NCBI GenBank assembly: GCA_029101345.1
Contig: JAQXQU010000013.1
Location: forward strand, 5,918 to 69,917
Direction of reading: 5' to 3'
Source: Erysipelotrichaceae bacterium
GTDB taxonomy: Bacteria; Bacillota_I; Bacilli_A; Erysipelotrichales; Erysipelotrichaceae
Length of the DNA stretch: 64,000 nt
Under the pieces are notes generated by a model that saw only the letters and a program-made list of their open reading frames with translations, was not told where the DNA came from and ran no database searches. Positions within the stretch are counted from its first letter, which is position 1. Each line of letters opens with the position of its first letter. Of this stretch, positions 24,740 to 35,200 are shown one piece after another. The position numbers and the translations under genes were made by a program.

Positions 24740-26471
24740 AACTCATACTTGTGGCCAGCTGAGGAAAGAAGATGCTGGCAAGAATGTCAGACTCTGTGGT
24801 TGGGTAGCGAAAAGAAGGAATCTTGGATCAATTGTCTTTATTGATTTAAGGGACCGCTATGGTATTACGCAGATTGCTTTTGATGAGGAACATGCTGAAG
24901 ATGTCAAAGATGTCAGGAATGAATATGTCATCGAAGTAGATGGTACAGTTGTCCTCAAGGAAAAGGCCAATCCCAAGCTTTTGACTGGTGAAATCGAATT
25001 GGCTGCCAATTCAGTCCGCATTCTTTCAAAAGCCAATACACCGCCAATGATCATTGCGGATGAAACCGATGCCTTAGAGGATCTTCGTCTAAAATACCGC
25101 TATCTTGATATCAGAAGAAATCCAATCAAGGATCGTCTGATCATTAGGGATAAGGTCACGGCCATTGTTAGAAATGTCCTTCATTCTGATGACTTTGTGG
25201 AAGTTGAAACACCAATTCTTTGCAAATCGACACCAGAAGGTGCTAGAGACTATCTTGTACCATCCCGTATTTTCAATGGCAAGTTCTATGCTTTGCCACA
25301 ATCACCTCAGATCTATAAGCAGCTTTTGATGATTGGTGGCATGGACCGCTACTTCCAGATTGCCAGATGCTTCCGTGATGAAGATCTAAGAGCAGATCGT
25401 CAGCCAGAATTCACTCAGATTGATATTGAAATGTCCTTTGCGGATGAAGAGGATATCTTTGCTGAAGTTGAAAAGGTCATGCGTGAAATCTTCAAACAGG
25501 TCAAAGGTGTTGAAAATCTTGAATTCAAGCGTATCAGATATGTTGATGCCATGAAGGATTATGGTTCCGATAAGCCGGATATCCGCTTTGGAAACAAGAT
25601 CATGGACTTATCCAGCCTTTTTGCGGATACTTCGTTCTCTGTCTTCTCTTCAGTATTGGAACAGGGTGGTGTTATCAGATCACTTGTCTTCAAAGGTGCA
25701 GCTAATCACTTCTCAAGAAAGGATCTTGATAAGCTGCAGGAGTTTGCAAGAATCTACAAGGCTAAGGCCCTTGCTTATCTCAAATATGAAAATGACGCTT
25801 TCAGTGGATCACTGAACAAGGCGTTGTCTGATAGTGAAAAGAGTGCTCTGATTGATTATCTGAGTATTGAAAATGGTGATATCATTTTCATTGTTGCTGA
25901 TAACCGAAAGATTGTTGAACAGTCCTTAGGAGCACTGAGAGTCAAATTGGGCAATGAATTGGGATTAATTGACAAATCACAATATGCCTTTGCCTGGATT
26001 ACGGAATTCCCAATGTATGAATACTCTGAAGAGGAAAACCGCTATGTTGCTGCTCATCATCCATTTACTTCGCCTAAGCTCGAAGATGTTGACAAGCTTT
26101 TGACAGATAAGGGTAATTGTTATTCAAGAGCCTATGACCTTGTACTGAATGGCTATGAACTCTTATCGGGTTCTGTCAGAATCCATGATTCTGAATTGCA
26201 GGCAAAGGTCTTTGAGGCGTTGGAACTTACCAAGGAACAGGCCAAGGAAAAGTTTGGCTTCTTCTTGGAAGCCTTTGAATATGGTGCTCCACCTCATTGT
26301 GGTGTCGGCATCGGGCTTGAAAGGCTGGTCATGATCCTGACTGATACTGACAATATCCGTGATGTTGTTGCTTTCCCTAAGACTGCTTCTGCTTCATGTC
26401 TGATGTCAGAGGCTCCTAATACCGTTGATGAAAAGCAGTTGCGGGATCTGGGGATTGCAGTTGTAAAATAA
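24732..26471 (+). CDS. aspS: aspartate--tRNA ligase
   Basis: MYRTHTCGQLR N-terminus and FQIARCFRDEDLRADRQPEFTQID motif. Start re-set behind RBS GGAGGA. Overlaps hisS by 8 nt. Confidence 0.96.
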   Translation: MYRTHTCGQLRKEDAGKNVRLCGWVAKRRNLGSIVFIDLRDRYGITQIAFDEEHAEDVKDVRNEYVIEVDGTVVLKEKANPKLLTGEIELAANSVRILSKANTPPMIIADETDALEDLRLKYRYLDIRRNPIKDRLIIRDKVTAIVRNVLHSDDFVEVETPILCKSTPEGARDYLVPSRIFNGKFYALPQSPQIYKQLLMIGGMDRYFQIARCFRDEDLRADRQPEFTQIDIEMSFADEEDIFAEVEKVMREIFKQVKGVENLEFKRIRYVDAMKDYGSDKPDIRFGNKIMDLSSLFADTSFSVFSSVLEQGGVIRSLVFKGAANHFSRKDLDKLQEFARIYKAKALAYLKYENDAFSGSLNKALSDSEKSALIDYLSIENGDIIFIVADNRKIVEQSLGALRVKLGNELGLIDKSQYAFAWITEFPMYEYSEEENRYVAAHHPFTSPKLEDVDKLLTDKGNCYSRAYDLVLNGYELLSGSVRIHDSELQAKVFEALELTKEQAKEKFGFFLEAFEYGAPPHCGVGIGLERLVMILTDTDNIRDVVAFPKTASASCLMSEAPNTVDEKQLRDLGIAVVK

Positions 26472-26528
26472 GTATTAAAGTTGATTTGCTTTATGCTATA
26501 ATAAAGCCGTAGTTAAGGAGGTTACAAA

Positions 26529-26702
26529 ATGCCAGTAAAGGTTGATGCCGATTTATGTATCGGTTGTGGTGCTTGTACAGGTGTATGCCCAACAGCTTCT
26601 CTTTCATTAAATGATGAAGGCAAGTCTGAATGCAACGAAGATACTTGTGTAACTTGCGGTGCTTGCATTGGTGCATGTCCAGTAGGAGCTATCTCAGAAT
26701 AA
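26529..26702 (+). CDS. fdx: 2x[4Fe-4S] ferredoxin (57 aa)
   Basis: Hand translation gives MPVKVDADLCIGCGACTGVCP...CVTCGACIGACP, two CxxCxxCxxxCP motifs. RBS AAGGAGG. Absent from the ORF track. Confidence 0.9.
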   Translation: MPVKVDADLCIGCGACTGVCPTASLSLNDEGKSECNEDTCVTCGACIGACPVGAISE

Positions 26703-26727
26703 AAACCAAGTCAAACTTGGTTTTTTT
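26701..26727 (+). terminator. terminator after the ferredoxin gene
   Basis: AAAAACCAAGT-CAA-ACTTGGTTTTT hairpin followed by a T run. Confidence 0.8.
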
Positions 26728-26750
26728 AATAAAGGCATTGGAGAATAGAT

Positions 26751-28181
26751 ATGAACAATAAAGACAGTTTTGATTTGCCATCACTCAATGAAGCTCGCAA
26801 GCGAATTGGTGATATTCCATATGTTGATTTCAATTTAGATGATGATTGCAGGAATCTGGGAAAAGGCAAGACGTATTTTATCAAGACCCATGGTTGCCAG
26901 GCCAATCAGCGTGATTCCGAAACCATGGCTGGCATCCTTGATTCAATTGGTTTTAGGGCCAATGATAGTGAAAAGGGAGCTGATGTCATTATCATCAACA
27001 CCTGCGCTGTGAGACAAGGTGCTGAAGATAAGGTCTATGGTGAGATTGGTGCCCTAAAGCGCCTGAAGAGGGAAAATCCTGATATCATCATCGCCATTGC
27101 TGGTTGCATGGCTCAGGAAGAAAAGACCATTCGGGAGATTTCTGCCAAATATCCCCAGGTTGATCTGGTTTTTGGTACCCACAATATCACTAATCTGCCT
27201 AAGCTTTTAAATAACATCTATCATGAAAGGAAAAGGCTCATTGAGGTCTTTTCCAATATGGGTGAGATTGTAGAAAATGTACCTGTTACAAGATTTGCCA
27301 AGCATAAGGCTTGGGTCAATATCATGTATGGCTGCGATAAGTTCTGCACCTATTGCATTGTTCCTTATACAAGAGGAAAGGAACGCTCACGTCTGATGGA
27401 AGATGTTTTGGCTGAAATCAAGGTTCTAAAGGAAGAAGGTTACAAGGAAGTCTGTCTATTAGGCCAGAATGTCAATGCTTATGGCAATGACTTGAAACTC
27501 GGCTATAGCTTTGGTGATCTTTTGGAGGAAGCTGCGAGGATTGGTATTGAAAGAATCCGCTTTGTGACATCCCATCCTTGGAATTTTGATGACAGGATGA
27601 TTGAAGCAATGCGCGATAATCCTAATATCATGCCTTATCTGCATCTGCCTTTGCAATCTGGCAATACGGAAATCCTAAGAAGAATGAATCGTCGCTATAG
27701 TGCTGAAGAATATCTTGAACTGTTCAAGAAGCTCAAGGAAACACTTCCACACTATGCCTTTACAACCGATATCATTGTCGGCTTCCCAAATGAATCGGAT
27801 GAAGCATTTGAAGATACCTTGAAAATGGTAGACTATTGCCAATATGACAATGCCTATACTTTCATCTATTCGCCAAGAGAAGGAACACCTGCTGCCAAGA
27901 TGGAAGACAATGTTCCAATGGCCGTCAAGGAAGAAAGACTGCAACGCTTGAATGAAAAGATAACTTTCTATGCCAATAAGGCCAATCAGAAGTTCAAGGA
28001 CCAGATTGTTGAAGTCCTGGTTGATGGCATCTCTAAACGCAATGGTCAGGCTTATTCTGGTTATACTCCAGAAAACAAGCTGGTCAATTTCACCGGCAAT
28101 GATGTGAAAGTGGGTGAGATTGTCAAAGTAAGGATTACTGAGGCAAAATCATTCTCACTTGATGGCGTTATGGTTGAATAA
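26751..28181 (+). CDS. miaB: tRNA-2-methylthio-N6-dimethylallyladenosine synthase (radical SAM methylthiotransferase)
   Basis: Radical SAM motif CDKFCTYCIVPYTRG. N-terminal UPF0004 Cys residues. C-terminal TRAM domain. Confidence 0.9.
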   Translation: MNNKDSFDLPSLNEARKRIGDIPYVDFNLDDDCRNLGKGKTYFIKTHGCQANQRDSETMAGILDSIGFRANDSEKGADVIIINTCAVRQGAEDKVYGEIGALKRLKRENPDIIIAIAGCMAQEEKTIREISAKYPQVDLVFGTHNITNLPKLLNNIYHERKRLIEVFSNMGEIVENVPVTRFAKHKAWVNIMYGCDKFCTYCIVPYTRGKERSRLMEDVLAEIKVLKEEGYKEVCLLGQNVNAYGNDLKLGYSFGDLLEEAARIGIERIRFVTSHPWNFDDRMIEAMRDNPNIMPYLHLPLQSGNTEILRRMNRRYSAEEYLELFKKLKETLPHYAFTTDIIVGFPNESDEAFEDTLKMVDYCQYDNAYTFIYSPREGTPAAKMEDNVPMAVKEERLQRLNEKITFYANKANQKFKDQIVEVLVDGISKRNGQAYSGYTPENKLVNFTGNDVKVGEIVKVRITEAKSFSLDGVMVE

Positions 28182-28230
28182 GGACCTGCTTTAAAATATA
28201 ATTTTCTTGTATTTAGGAGGATTAGATAAT

Positions 28231-29901
28231 TTGCAAAGAATTCGTTTAGCTGCACTAGGCGGGCTGGATGAAGACGGCAAGAACATGTATCTCATTGAGA
28301 TCGATGATGACATTTTTGTTGTTGAAGCCGGGCTTAAATATCCTAATGAATCAGAGCAGCTGGGAGTAGAATACATTATTCCCGACTTTTCATATTTGAT
28401 ACAGAACAAAGACCGCATCAGAGGGGTCTTCCTTTCCCATGGCCATGAAGATGTAATGCTGGGCTTATGCCATCTGCTTAAGGAGATAGACGTTGATGTC
28501 TATGGTACAGCCCTGACTATCAAGATTCTAGAGGCGGAGCTGCAAAGAAGGCAGATTCACTCATGCCGTGTCCATATCATCAACCGCATGGATGAATTCA
28601 AAGTCCATGGCCATAAGATCAATTCCTTTCCAATCTCCATGTCTGTTCCTGATGGCTGTGGTTATGCCTTTGATACTGAATATGGTCCTATTGTCTATAC
28701 TTCCGAATTCATCTTTGAATTTGACTATTCAAACAAATACTATGGCATGTCCATTTCGGCTTTGACTGCCATTGGTGCTCGCAATCCCCTTGCCCTTTTG
28801 GCTGAATCTTCAGCATCTGACCGTAAGGGCTATACCACACCTCGCTACCGCATTACTGAATATCTTGAAAGATTTTTAGACAACAATGATGACCGTGTCA
28901 TCATTTCCCTTTACAAGCAGAATCTCTACCGTATCATGGAAATCGTCAATGCGGCAGTCAAATATGGACGCAAGGTCTTCTTCTATGATGAGGATCATAT
29001 CAATCTGTTGAAGACAGTCCAGGCTCTTGGCTATTATCAGATTCCCAAGAATGTCATTATTGACAAGAAGGACTTCAACAATTCCATTGTCGATTGCATT
29101 GTTGTTGTCTCAGCCAATGGTTCCAAGGTCTTCAAAATCATGAACAAAATTGCTGTTGGAGAAGATGATGTGGTGGAATTAAGGCCAAAGGATACAGTTA
29201 TTATCGCTTCACCAGTGGTTCCTGGTACTGAGAAAGTTGCTTCAACAATGGAAAATGACTTATACAAGGCTGATGTTCGCATTTCCAAGGTCAATGCTAA
29301 GGAACTGCTCAATATGCACGCTTCAATTGAAGACCTCAAGATGATGCTGTATATGATCAAGCCGAAGTATTATCTTCCAATCATGGGACAGTATTCATCG
29401 CTGGTATCCAATGCGGAAGTAGCTACAAAAATGGGCTATACGCCTGATAAGATTGTCATTCTTGATAATGGCCAGTTTGCGACTTTTGAAAATGGCAAGC
29501 TTGTCTCAACAAGGGACACTATTGAACTAAATGATACGCTGATTGATGGTTCTGACCGCACTGATGTTTCAGGCATGGTTCTGAAGGATCGTGAGTCATT
29601 GTCTACTGATGGTGTCATTGTGGTTGGCGTTGTTCTCAATTATGATACCAAGGAGGTCTTTGGCGGACCGGATGTCCAATCCCGTGGTGTCATCTATCTT
29701 AAGGATGCTGATTACATTCTGACGGAAGTTGGCAATATTCTTTTAAACTGCATATCAACTGCTGTTGCTGAAAAACGTTATGAGAATATGCCGACCAGAA
29801 TTGAAGCCCGTGAACAGATATCCAAATACATCCTCAAGGAAACTGGCAAAAAGCCAATGATCTTGCCGGCTATTGTGGAAATCAGGGTTGGTGATGAATA
29901 A
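28231..29901 (+). CDS. rnj: ribonuclease J
   Basis: LAALGGLDEDGKNMY N-terminus and metallo-beta-lactamase motif HGHEDV. TTG start at 28231 lies 10 nt after GGAGG. The track start at 28207 precedes the RBS. Confidence 0.88.
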   Translation: MQRIRLAALGGLDEDGKNMYLIEIDDDIFVVEAGLKYPNESEQLGVEYIIPDFSYLIQNKDRIRGVFLSHGHEDVMLGLCHLLKEIDVDVYGTALTIKILEAELQRRQIHSCRVHIINRMDEFKVHGHKINSFPISMSVPDGCGYAFDTEYGPIVYTSEFIFEFDYSNKYYGMSISALTAIGARNPLALLAESSASDRKGYTTPRYRITEYLERFLDNNDDRVIISLYKQNLYRIMEIVNAAVKYGRKVFFYDEDHINLLKTVQALGYYQIPKNVIIDKKDFNNSIVDCIVVVSANGSKVFKIMNKIAVGEDDVVELRPKDTVIIASPVVPGTEKVASTMENDLYKADVRISKVNAKELLNMHASIEDLKMMLYMIKPKYYLPIMGQYSSLVSNAEVATKMGYTPDKIVILDNGQFATFENGKLVSTRDTIELNDTLIDGSDRTDVSGMVLKDRESLSTDGVIVVGVVLNYDTKEVFGGPDVQSRGVIYLKDADYILTEVGNILLNCISTAVAEKRYENMPTRIEAREQISKYILKETGKKPMILPAIVEIRVGDE

Positions 29902-32342
29902 TGGCACGTCAGAGTAAAAGGGTGATTGAGGAAAAGAAACAGCATAAGAAGCTGATCTGGATCATCATTTCCCTGGCAGCAGGCACACTTCTCTTCTTTG
30001 CTGTTAGCAAGATGGGAACAGCGGGTGTTATCATGAACAACATCCTTTCCTATCTCTTCGGCTTTCTTTATTTCTTTCCTGTTGCTTCATTCTGCATTTA
30101 TGGCATCTATCTGCTTTTTTACCACAACAGTCATCCCTATGAGTTGAAATTTGTCATTGGCCTTGTTGTAGCAAACGTCGTCATTTTGCTTTTGTCAGCA
30201 ATTTTAAGGTCCAATTCTGAGACTTTCGGTGAATATCTGGTCTTTGCAAAGGCTGGATTCCTTGAACTCTTAAAGCCTACTGATTTTTCCTTCGGTGGTG
30301 GCCTGCTTGGTGAAATCATCTATGTTGGGGTAGTTGCTCTATTTGCAAGAAGCGGGTCTTTTGTTGTTCTAGGAGTATTATCGATAATCTCCTTCCTGCT
30401 GCTGATACCAATGTCGGCATATCAGGATTGGTTCAATAACAGGAAAATAGCCTTGATCAGATGGAAAGAGGAAAGAGAACAGCAAAGAAACCAGAAAGCC
30501 ATTGATAAGGCAATTGCCCAGGAACGAAGGCGTTTTGAACAGTCCCAGGAAATGGAAGATCTTCCACAAATCGAAGAAGACCATTCCTATCAGAAGGGAA
30601 ACATCGACATCAAAGCAGATGAAGAACCTATAAAGCCTGTTGTAAAAAAGCCGAATGAAAATGAAATCTATGGCAATTCCAAATTCTTCATCCATCTGGA
30701 TGAAGCAGAAATCAACGCTAAGCAGGATTTCAATAAATATGAAGATGAAATCATTTCCCCTGTAGCCATTAATGAAGTTGTGGAAACAAAGGAAGAAGCA
30801 ACATCTGAACCAATAATGAAGGAAATTGCAAAGGACGACAATGAAGCTGAAAATGAAATAACAGCCAATCGTCAGCCTGAAACCTTCCAGCGCATTGCGG
30901 CCTACAGCAAATACGAGATGCCAAAAAGTTCACTTTTAAGCAGATCCAAGGCCAAGATTTCCAAAGTCAACCAGGTTTCAGCTGAGGTCAAGGGCGAAAG
31001 AATCATCGAGATACTAAAGACCTTTGATATTCCGGCTGAACTGATTGATACACATATAGGACCAGCTGTCACCAAATTTGAAATCAAGCCGGACTCTTCT
31101 GTCAAGGTTAGCCGTATCCAGGCCATATCCGATAATCTCAAAATGGAACTGGCAGCACGTGATATCAGAATTGAAGCGCCAATCCCTGGTCGCAACGCTG
31201 TTGGCATTGAAATACCAAATGTTGAACCGGTGCCTGTCATCATGCATGATCTGATGGCTGCCATGCCTGAAAAATACAAGGATTCACCCCTGGTCTTTGC
31301 TCTGGGCAAGGACATTATGGGCAATGGCGTCTATTGCAATATAAACAAGATGCCTCATCTTCTGATTGCTGGAGCAACTGGTTCAGGAAAGTCAGTGTGC
31401 ATTAATGCCATCATCTCCTCATTGCTGATGAGATCAAGACCTGATGAGCTCAAGCTTGTCCTGATTGATCCAAAGAAGGTTGAGTTTACCCCATATAAGG
31501 ATGTTCCTCATCTCTTGTGGCCAATCATTACCGATGCCAATATGGCTTCCTTGCTGCTACAAAGAATGGTAGTCATGATGGAAGAACGCTATGATGCCTT
31601 TGCCAAAGCCGGAGTAAGGGATATCAAGGGCTTCAACAGTTTTGTTGTTCGCCATAATGAAACAATCAGCAAGGATGAAACGCCTCTGAAAAAGCTGCCT
31701 TATTATGTATTGATCATTGATGAGTTAGCAGATCTCATGACTGTGGCAAAGAAGGATGTTGAACAATCAATCCAACGCATTACCCAGATGGCGCGAGCAG
31801 CTGGCATCCACATGATTGTTGCAACCCAAAGGCCTTCAGTTGATGTCATCACTGGTGTCATCAAGTCCAATATCCCTTCAAGAATATCATTCGCTGTGGC
31901 TTCGGCAATTGACTCAAGAACCATTCTTGACATGGCGGGTGCTGAAAGGCTATTGGGCAATGGTGATATGCTATATCATCCACAGGGTGAGACAGCGCCA
32001 ATCAGAATCCAGGGTGTCTATGTCACTGATGAAGAAGTGCAGAAGATTGCCGACTATGTCCGCAAGCAAGGCAAGCCGGAATATGATGATGCCTATTATG
32101 AACTTGATAGCAATCGCAATGGCCTTTCATCATCTGCTCCTATGACTAGTGAAGATTCGATGTATGATGAGGTTGTTGAATATGTCAAGGAAGCTCAGAA
32201 AGCTTCAACTTCACTTTTGCAGCGAAGATTTGGCATAGGCTATAATCGGGCTGCAAGACTGATTGATACGCTGGAAGAAAACGGCATTATCGGCCCAGCT
32301 CAGGGTTCAAAACCTCGAGAAGTCTATATAAAGCCAGAATAA
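29901..32342 (+). CDS. ftsK: DNA translocase FtsK/SpoIIIE
   Basis: N-terminal TM segments, acidic linker, Walker A GATGSGKSV, Walker B LIIDELADL, and a C-terminal gamma winged-helix (LLQRRFGIGYNRAARLID). Confidence 0.96.
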   Translation: MARQSKRVIEEKKQHKKLIWIIISLAAGTLLFFAVSKMGTAGVIMNNILSYLFGFLYFFPVASFCIYGIYLLFYHNSHPYELKFVIGLVVANVVILLLSAILRSNSETFGEYLVFAKAGFLELLKPTDFSFGGGLLGEIIYVGVVALFARSGSFVVLGVLSIISFLLLIPMSAYQDWFNNRKIALIRWKEEREQQRNQKAIDKAIAQERRRFEQSQEMEDLPQIEEDHSYQKGNIDIKADEEPIKPVVKKPNENEIYGNSKFFIHLDEAEINAKQDFNKYEDEIISPVAINEVVETKEEATSEPIMKEIAKDDNEAENEITANRQPETFQRIAAYSKYEMPKSSLLSRSKAKISKVNQVSAEVKGERIIEILKTFDIPAELIDTHIGPAVTKFEIKPDSSVKVSRIQAISDNLKMELAARDIRIEAPIPGRNAVGIEIPNVEPVPVIMHDLMAAMPEKYKDSPLVFALGKDIMGNGVYCNINKMPHLLIAGATGSGKSVCINAIISSLLMRSRPDELKLVLIDPKKVEFTPYKDVPHLLWPIITDANMASLLLQRMVVMMEERYDAFAKAGVRDIKGFNSFVVRHNETISKDETPLKKLPYYVLIIDELADLMTVAKKDVEQSIQRITQMARAAGIHMIVATQRPSVDVITGVIKSNIPSRISFAVASAIDSRTILDMAGAERLLGNGDMLYHPQGETAPIRIQGVYVTDEEVQKIADYVRKQGKPEYDDAYYELDSNRNGLSSSAPMTSEDSMYDEVVEYVKEAQKASTSLLQRRFGIGYNRAARLIDTLEENGIIGPAQGSKPREVYIKPE

Positions 32343-32344
32343 AG

Positions 32345-32376
32345 GAATGAAGATAAGAAATCTTCATTCTTTTTTA
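32345..32376 (+). terminator. terminator after ftsK
   Basis: 10-bp stem GAATGAAGAT / ATCTTCATTC with loop AAGAA, followed by T6. Confidence 0.8.
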
Positions 32377-32429
32377 ATGTTTCATGTTAATATAAATTTG
32401 GCAGGACTAAACCTGCAAAGGAGAATAAA

Positions 32430-33542
32430 ATGAAAAAGTTTTTTAGCTTGCTTCTAGTTCTTCTCTTAGCTTTTGCTTTGGTCGGCTGTGGTTCAAAGGG
32501 CAATGAACCTGCAGACGACCAAACAGGTGGAGATGAACCTCAGACTCTGCATTTGGGTTTCGTTACTGACGTAGGTGGTATCGATGACAAGTCATTCAAT
32601 CAGACTACTTACGAAGGCTTATTGAAGTTCCAGAGCGAAAACGAAAATGTCGAAGTCAAGTACTTGCAGTCAAACAATGACGCTGACTACATTCCAAACC
32701 TTTCTTCATTCTGTGATGAAAAGGCTGATCTTTTGGTTGCTGCTGGCTTCCTATTTGATGGTGCTATGTCAGAAGTACTTACTACTTATCCAGATCAGAA
32801 GGCATTGATCATTGATGTTGACTGGTTAGATGCTTCAGCTTTCCCTAACCTAAGACAGGTTGCATTCGCTGTTGAACAGGGCACTTACTTAGCAGGTATC
32901 GCAGCTGGTATGAAGGCTGTTGAAAACGGTTCTAAGCATGTTGGCATGGTCATTGGCAACGAATCAGCTTCAATGGATCCATTCTTCGCTGGTTTCCAGC
33001 AGGGTGTTTGGTCAGTTGACCCTGAAATCATTATCGACTACGATAATGCAATGAGCTTCAATGAACCAGAAAAGGGCAGCACATTGGCTGAAAAGCAGTT
33101 CAACAATGGTGCAACTGTTATCTTCGCTTGTGCCGGTTCTACTGGTAATGGTGTTATCGCCAATGCTGTTGAAAGATGCAAGAATGGTCAGGAAGTATGG
33201 GTTGTTGGTGTTGATACAGACCAGTACTCATATGGTGTCTATGATGATGCAGGACATTCATGCATTCTTACTTCTGCTATGAAGAGAGTTGACGTTGCTG
33301 CTTATGATGCTGCTAAGGATGTTGCTGCTGGCACATTCACTGGTGGTGTTAAGCTTTATACATTATCAGACAGAGGTGTTTCTCTTCCAGAAGAAAACCC
33401 TAACCTGACTGAAGATGTCTTAGCTGCAGTTGAAGCTGCTACAAATGATGTAGTAAATGGCGTAATTGAAGTTTCAAAGACTGCTGTTTACGGTGATACT
33501 GATGCACGTGTTGTAGGTTTCTACAGCTCAGCTACTGAATAA
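32430..33542 (+). CDS. BMP-family (nucleoside-type) ABC transporter substrate-binding lipoprotein
   Basis: Lipobox LVGCGS. BMP/PnrA-like motifs (GFVTDVGGIDDKSFNQ). Followed by a fused-ATPase gene and two permease genes. Confidence 0.85.
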   Translation: MKKFFSLLLVLLLAFALVGCGSKGNEPADDQTGGDEPQTLHLGFVTDVGGIDDKSFNQTTYEGLLKFQSENENVEVKYLQSNNDADYIPNLSSFCDEKADLLVAAGFLFDGAMSEVLTTYPDQKALIIDVDWLDASAFPNLRQVAFAVEQGTYLAGIAAGMKAVENGSKHVGMVIGNESASMDPFFAGFQQGVWSVDPEIIIDYDNAMSFNEPEKGSTLAEKQFNNGATVIFACAGSTGNGVIANAVERCKNGQEVWVVGVDTDQYSYGVYDDAGHSCILTSAMKRVDVAAYDAAKDVAAGTFTGGVKLYTLSDRGVSLPEENPNLTEDVLAAVEAATNDVVNGVIEVSKTAVYGDTDARVVGFYSSATE

Positions 33543-33555
33543 TCATTTGTTTATC

Positions 33556-33579
33556 AAGGGCTCTTATGAGCCCTTTTTC
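33556..33579 (+). terminator. hairpin after the binding-protein gene
   Basis: AAGGGCTC-TTAT-GAGCCCTT hairpin followed by TTT. Confidence 0.65.
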
Positions 33580-33655
33580 TTATGCTTTTTTTGAAGTATT
33601 TAGATTAGATTATTTGGTTTTTGCTATAATTGTTTTAAGTGTAGGAGGATTAATT

Positions 33656-35200
33656 ATGGCTTACGCAATTGAAATGCTAAACATAACTAAGGACTTCCCT
33701 GGAATTCGTGCTAATGATAATGTCACACTGCAAGTTGAGGAACGGTCTATTCATGCCTTGCTTGGAGAGAATGGCGCTGGTAAATCAACATTGATGTCCA
33801 TTCTTTTTGGCTTATATCAGCCAACAAGTGGAACAATCAAAGTTCGTGGACAGGAAGTCAGGATTACAAGCCCAAATGTCGCCAATGATTTGAAGATAGG
33901 CATGGTGCATCAGCACTTCAAGCTTGTCGAATGCTTTACTGTAACTGAAAATATCATTCTTGGGAATGAACCGCTGACCAAATACGGCACAGTGGATATT
34001 CGCAATGCGAAAAAAAGGGTCAAGGAACTATCAAATAGATATGGTCTGATGGTTGATCCTGATGCAAGAATCGAAGATATCACTGTTGGCATGCAACAGA
34101 GAGTGGAAATTCTTAAGATGCTCTATCGTGATTCGGATATTCTGATCTTTGATGAACCAACAGCCGTTTTAACCCCACAGGAAATCGATGAGCTCATGCA
34201 CATCATGCGCAATATGGTCAAGGAAGGAAAGACAGTTCTGCTTATTACCCATAAGCTTAAGGAAATCAAAGCTGTAGCTGACAAATGCACAATTCTTAGA
34301 AAAGGCAAGGGTATCGCTACCGTTGATGTGAAGACCACCAGTGAAGCTGAAATGGCGGAAATGATGGTTGGTCGCAGCGTCAATTTCAAGGTTGATAAAA
34401 AACCAGCTGAACCAAAGGAAGTGGTTTTGAAGATTGATAATCTCTGTGTCAAGGATTTAAAAGGTCTGCCTGCTGTAAAGAATGTCTCCTTAGAGGTTAG
34501 GAGAGGAGAAATAGTTGGTCTGGCAGGTATTGATGGCAATGGCCAATCCGAATTGGTTTATGCTTTGACAGGTATGGAGAAGGTTGAAAGTGGACATGTC
34601 TATATCAATGGCGTCGACATAACTGATCTTTCCATTCGTGAACATGCCGATAAAGGCATCTCCCATATTCCGGAAGATCGTCATAAGCATGGTCTGATTC
34701 TTGATTTCCCATTAAGAGAGAATCTTATCATCCATGAATATGACCGTGCTCCTTTTGCTAAAGGCTTATTTGTCAATAACGAAGCTATTGATGAATACTC
34801 TGACCGCCTGATTGAAGAATTTGATGTCAGATCAGGACAGGGCAAGGATTCCCTTACACGTGGCATGTCTGGTGGTAATCAGCAGAAAGCCATTATTGCA
34901 AGAGAAATAGATCGTCATTCTGATCTGCTATTGGCTGTTCAGCCTACCAGAGGTCTTGATGTTGGTGCAATTGAATATATCCATAAACGCATTGTTGAAG
35001 AAAGAGACAATGGCAAGGCCATTTTGCTGGTTTCACTTGAACTTGATGAAATCATGTCATTATCTGATACAATTGCCGTTATTCATGATGGTGAGATTAC
35101 AGGTATTGTCAAATGTGATGAAACAAACGAAAACGAACTTGGCTTGCTGATGTCAGGTGCGCTTCATAAGCTCGGAGGTAGTGATCATGAAGAAGCATAA
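33656..35200 (+). CDS. ABC transporter ATP-binding protein with duplicated ATPase (nucleoside/sugar type)
   Basis: Walker A GENGAGKST plus a second nucleotide-binding domain (GIDGNGQSE). Start re-set to MAYAIEMLNITKDF behind RBS AGGAGG. Extended -10 TGCTATAAT at 33622-30. Confidence 0.9.
   Translation: MAYAIEMLNITKDFPGIRANDNVTLQVEERSIHALLGENGAGKSTLMSILFGLYQPTSGTIKVRGQEVRITSPNVANDLKIGMVHQHFKLVECFTVTENIILGNEPLTKYGTVDIRNAKKRVKELSNRYGLMVDPDARIEDITVGMQQRVEILKMLYRDSDILIFDEPTAVLTPQEIDELMHIMRNMVKEGKTVLLITHKLKEIKAVADKCTILRKGKGIATVDVKTTSEAEMAEMMVGRSVNFKVDKKPAEPKEVVLKIDNLCVKDLKGLPAVKNVSLEVRRGEIVGLAGIDGNGQSELVYALTGMEKVESGHVYINGVDITDLSIREHADKGISHIPEDRHKHGLILDFPLRENLIIHEYDRAPFAKGLFVNNEAIDEYSDRLIEEFDVRSGQGKDSLTRGMSGGNQQKAIIAREIDRHSDLLLAVQPTRGLDVGAIEYIHKRIVEERDNGKAILLVSLELDEIMSLSDTIAVIHDGEITGIVKCDETNENELGLLMSGALHKLGGSDHEEA

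Noticed and set aside
26491-26676. 61-aa minus-strand ORF (His/Leu/Cys-rich)
   Set aside because: It is the antisense frame of the clearly real + strand ferredoxin gene (26529-26702), which has an RBS, two CxxCxxCxxxCP motifs and a terminator.
33566-33655. N-terminal extensions of track ORFs (also at 11467, 20508, 24699, 35157, 37256, 42134, 44879, 46923, 55922, 14088, 7488 and 7543)
   Set aside because: The extensions run through terminator hairpins or the 3' end of the preceding gene. They precede the obvious SD and add residues before canonical family N-termini, so the starts were moved to the internal ATG or TTG.
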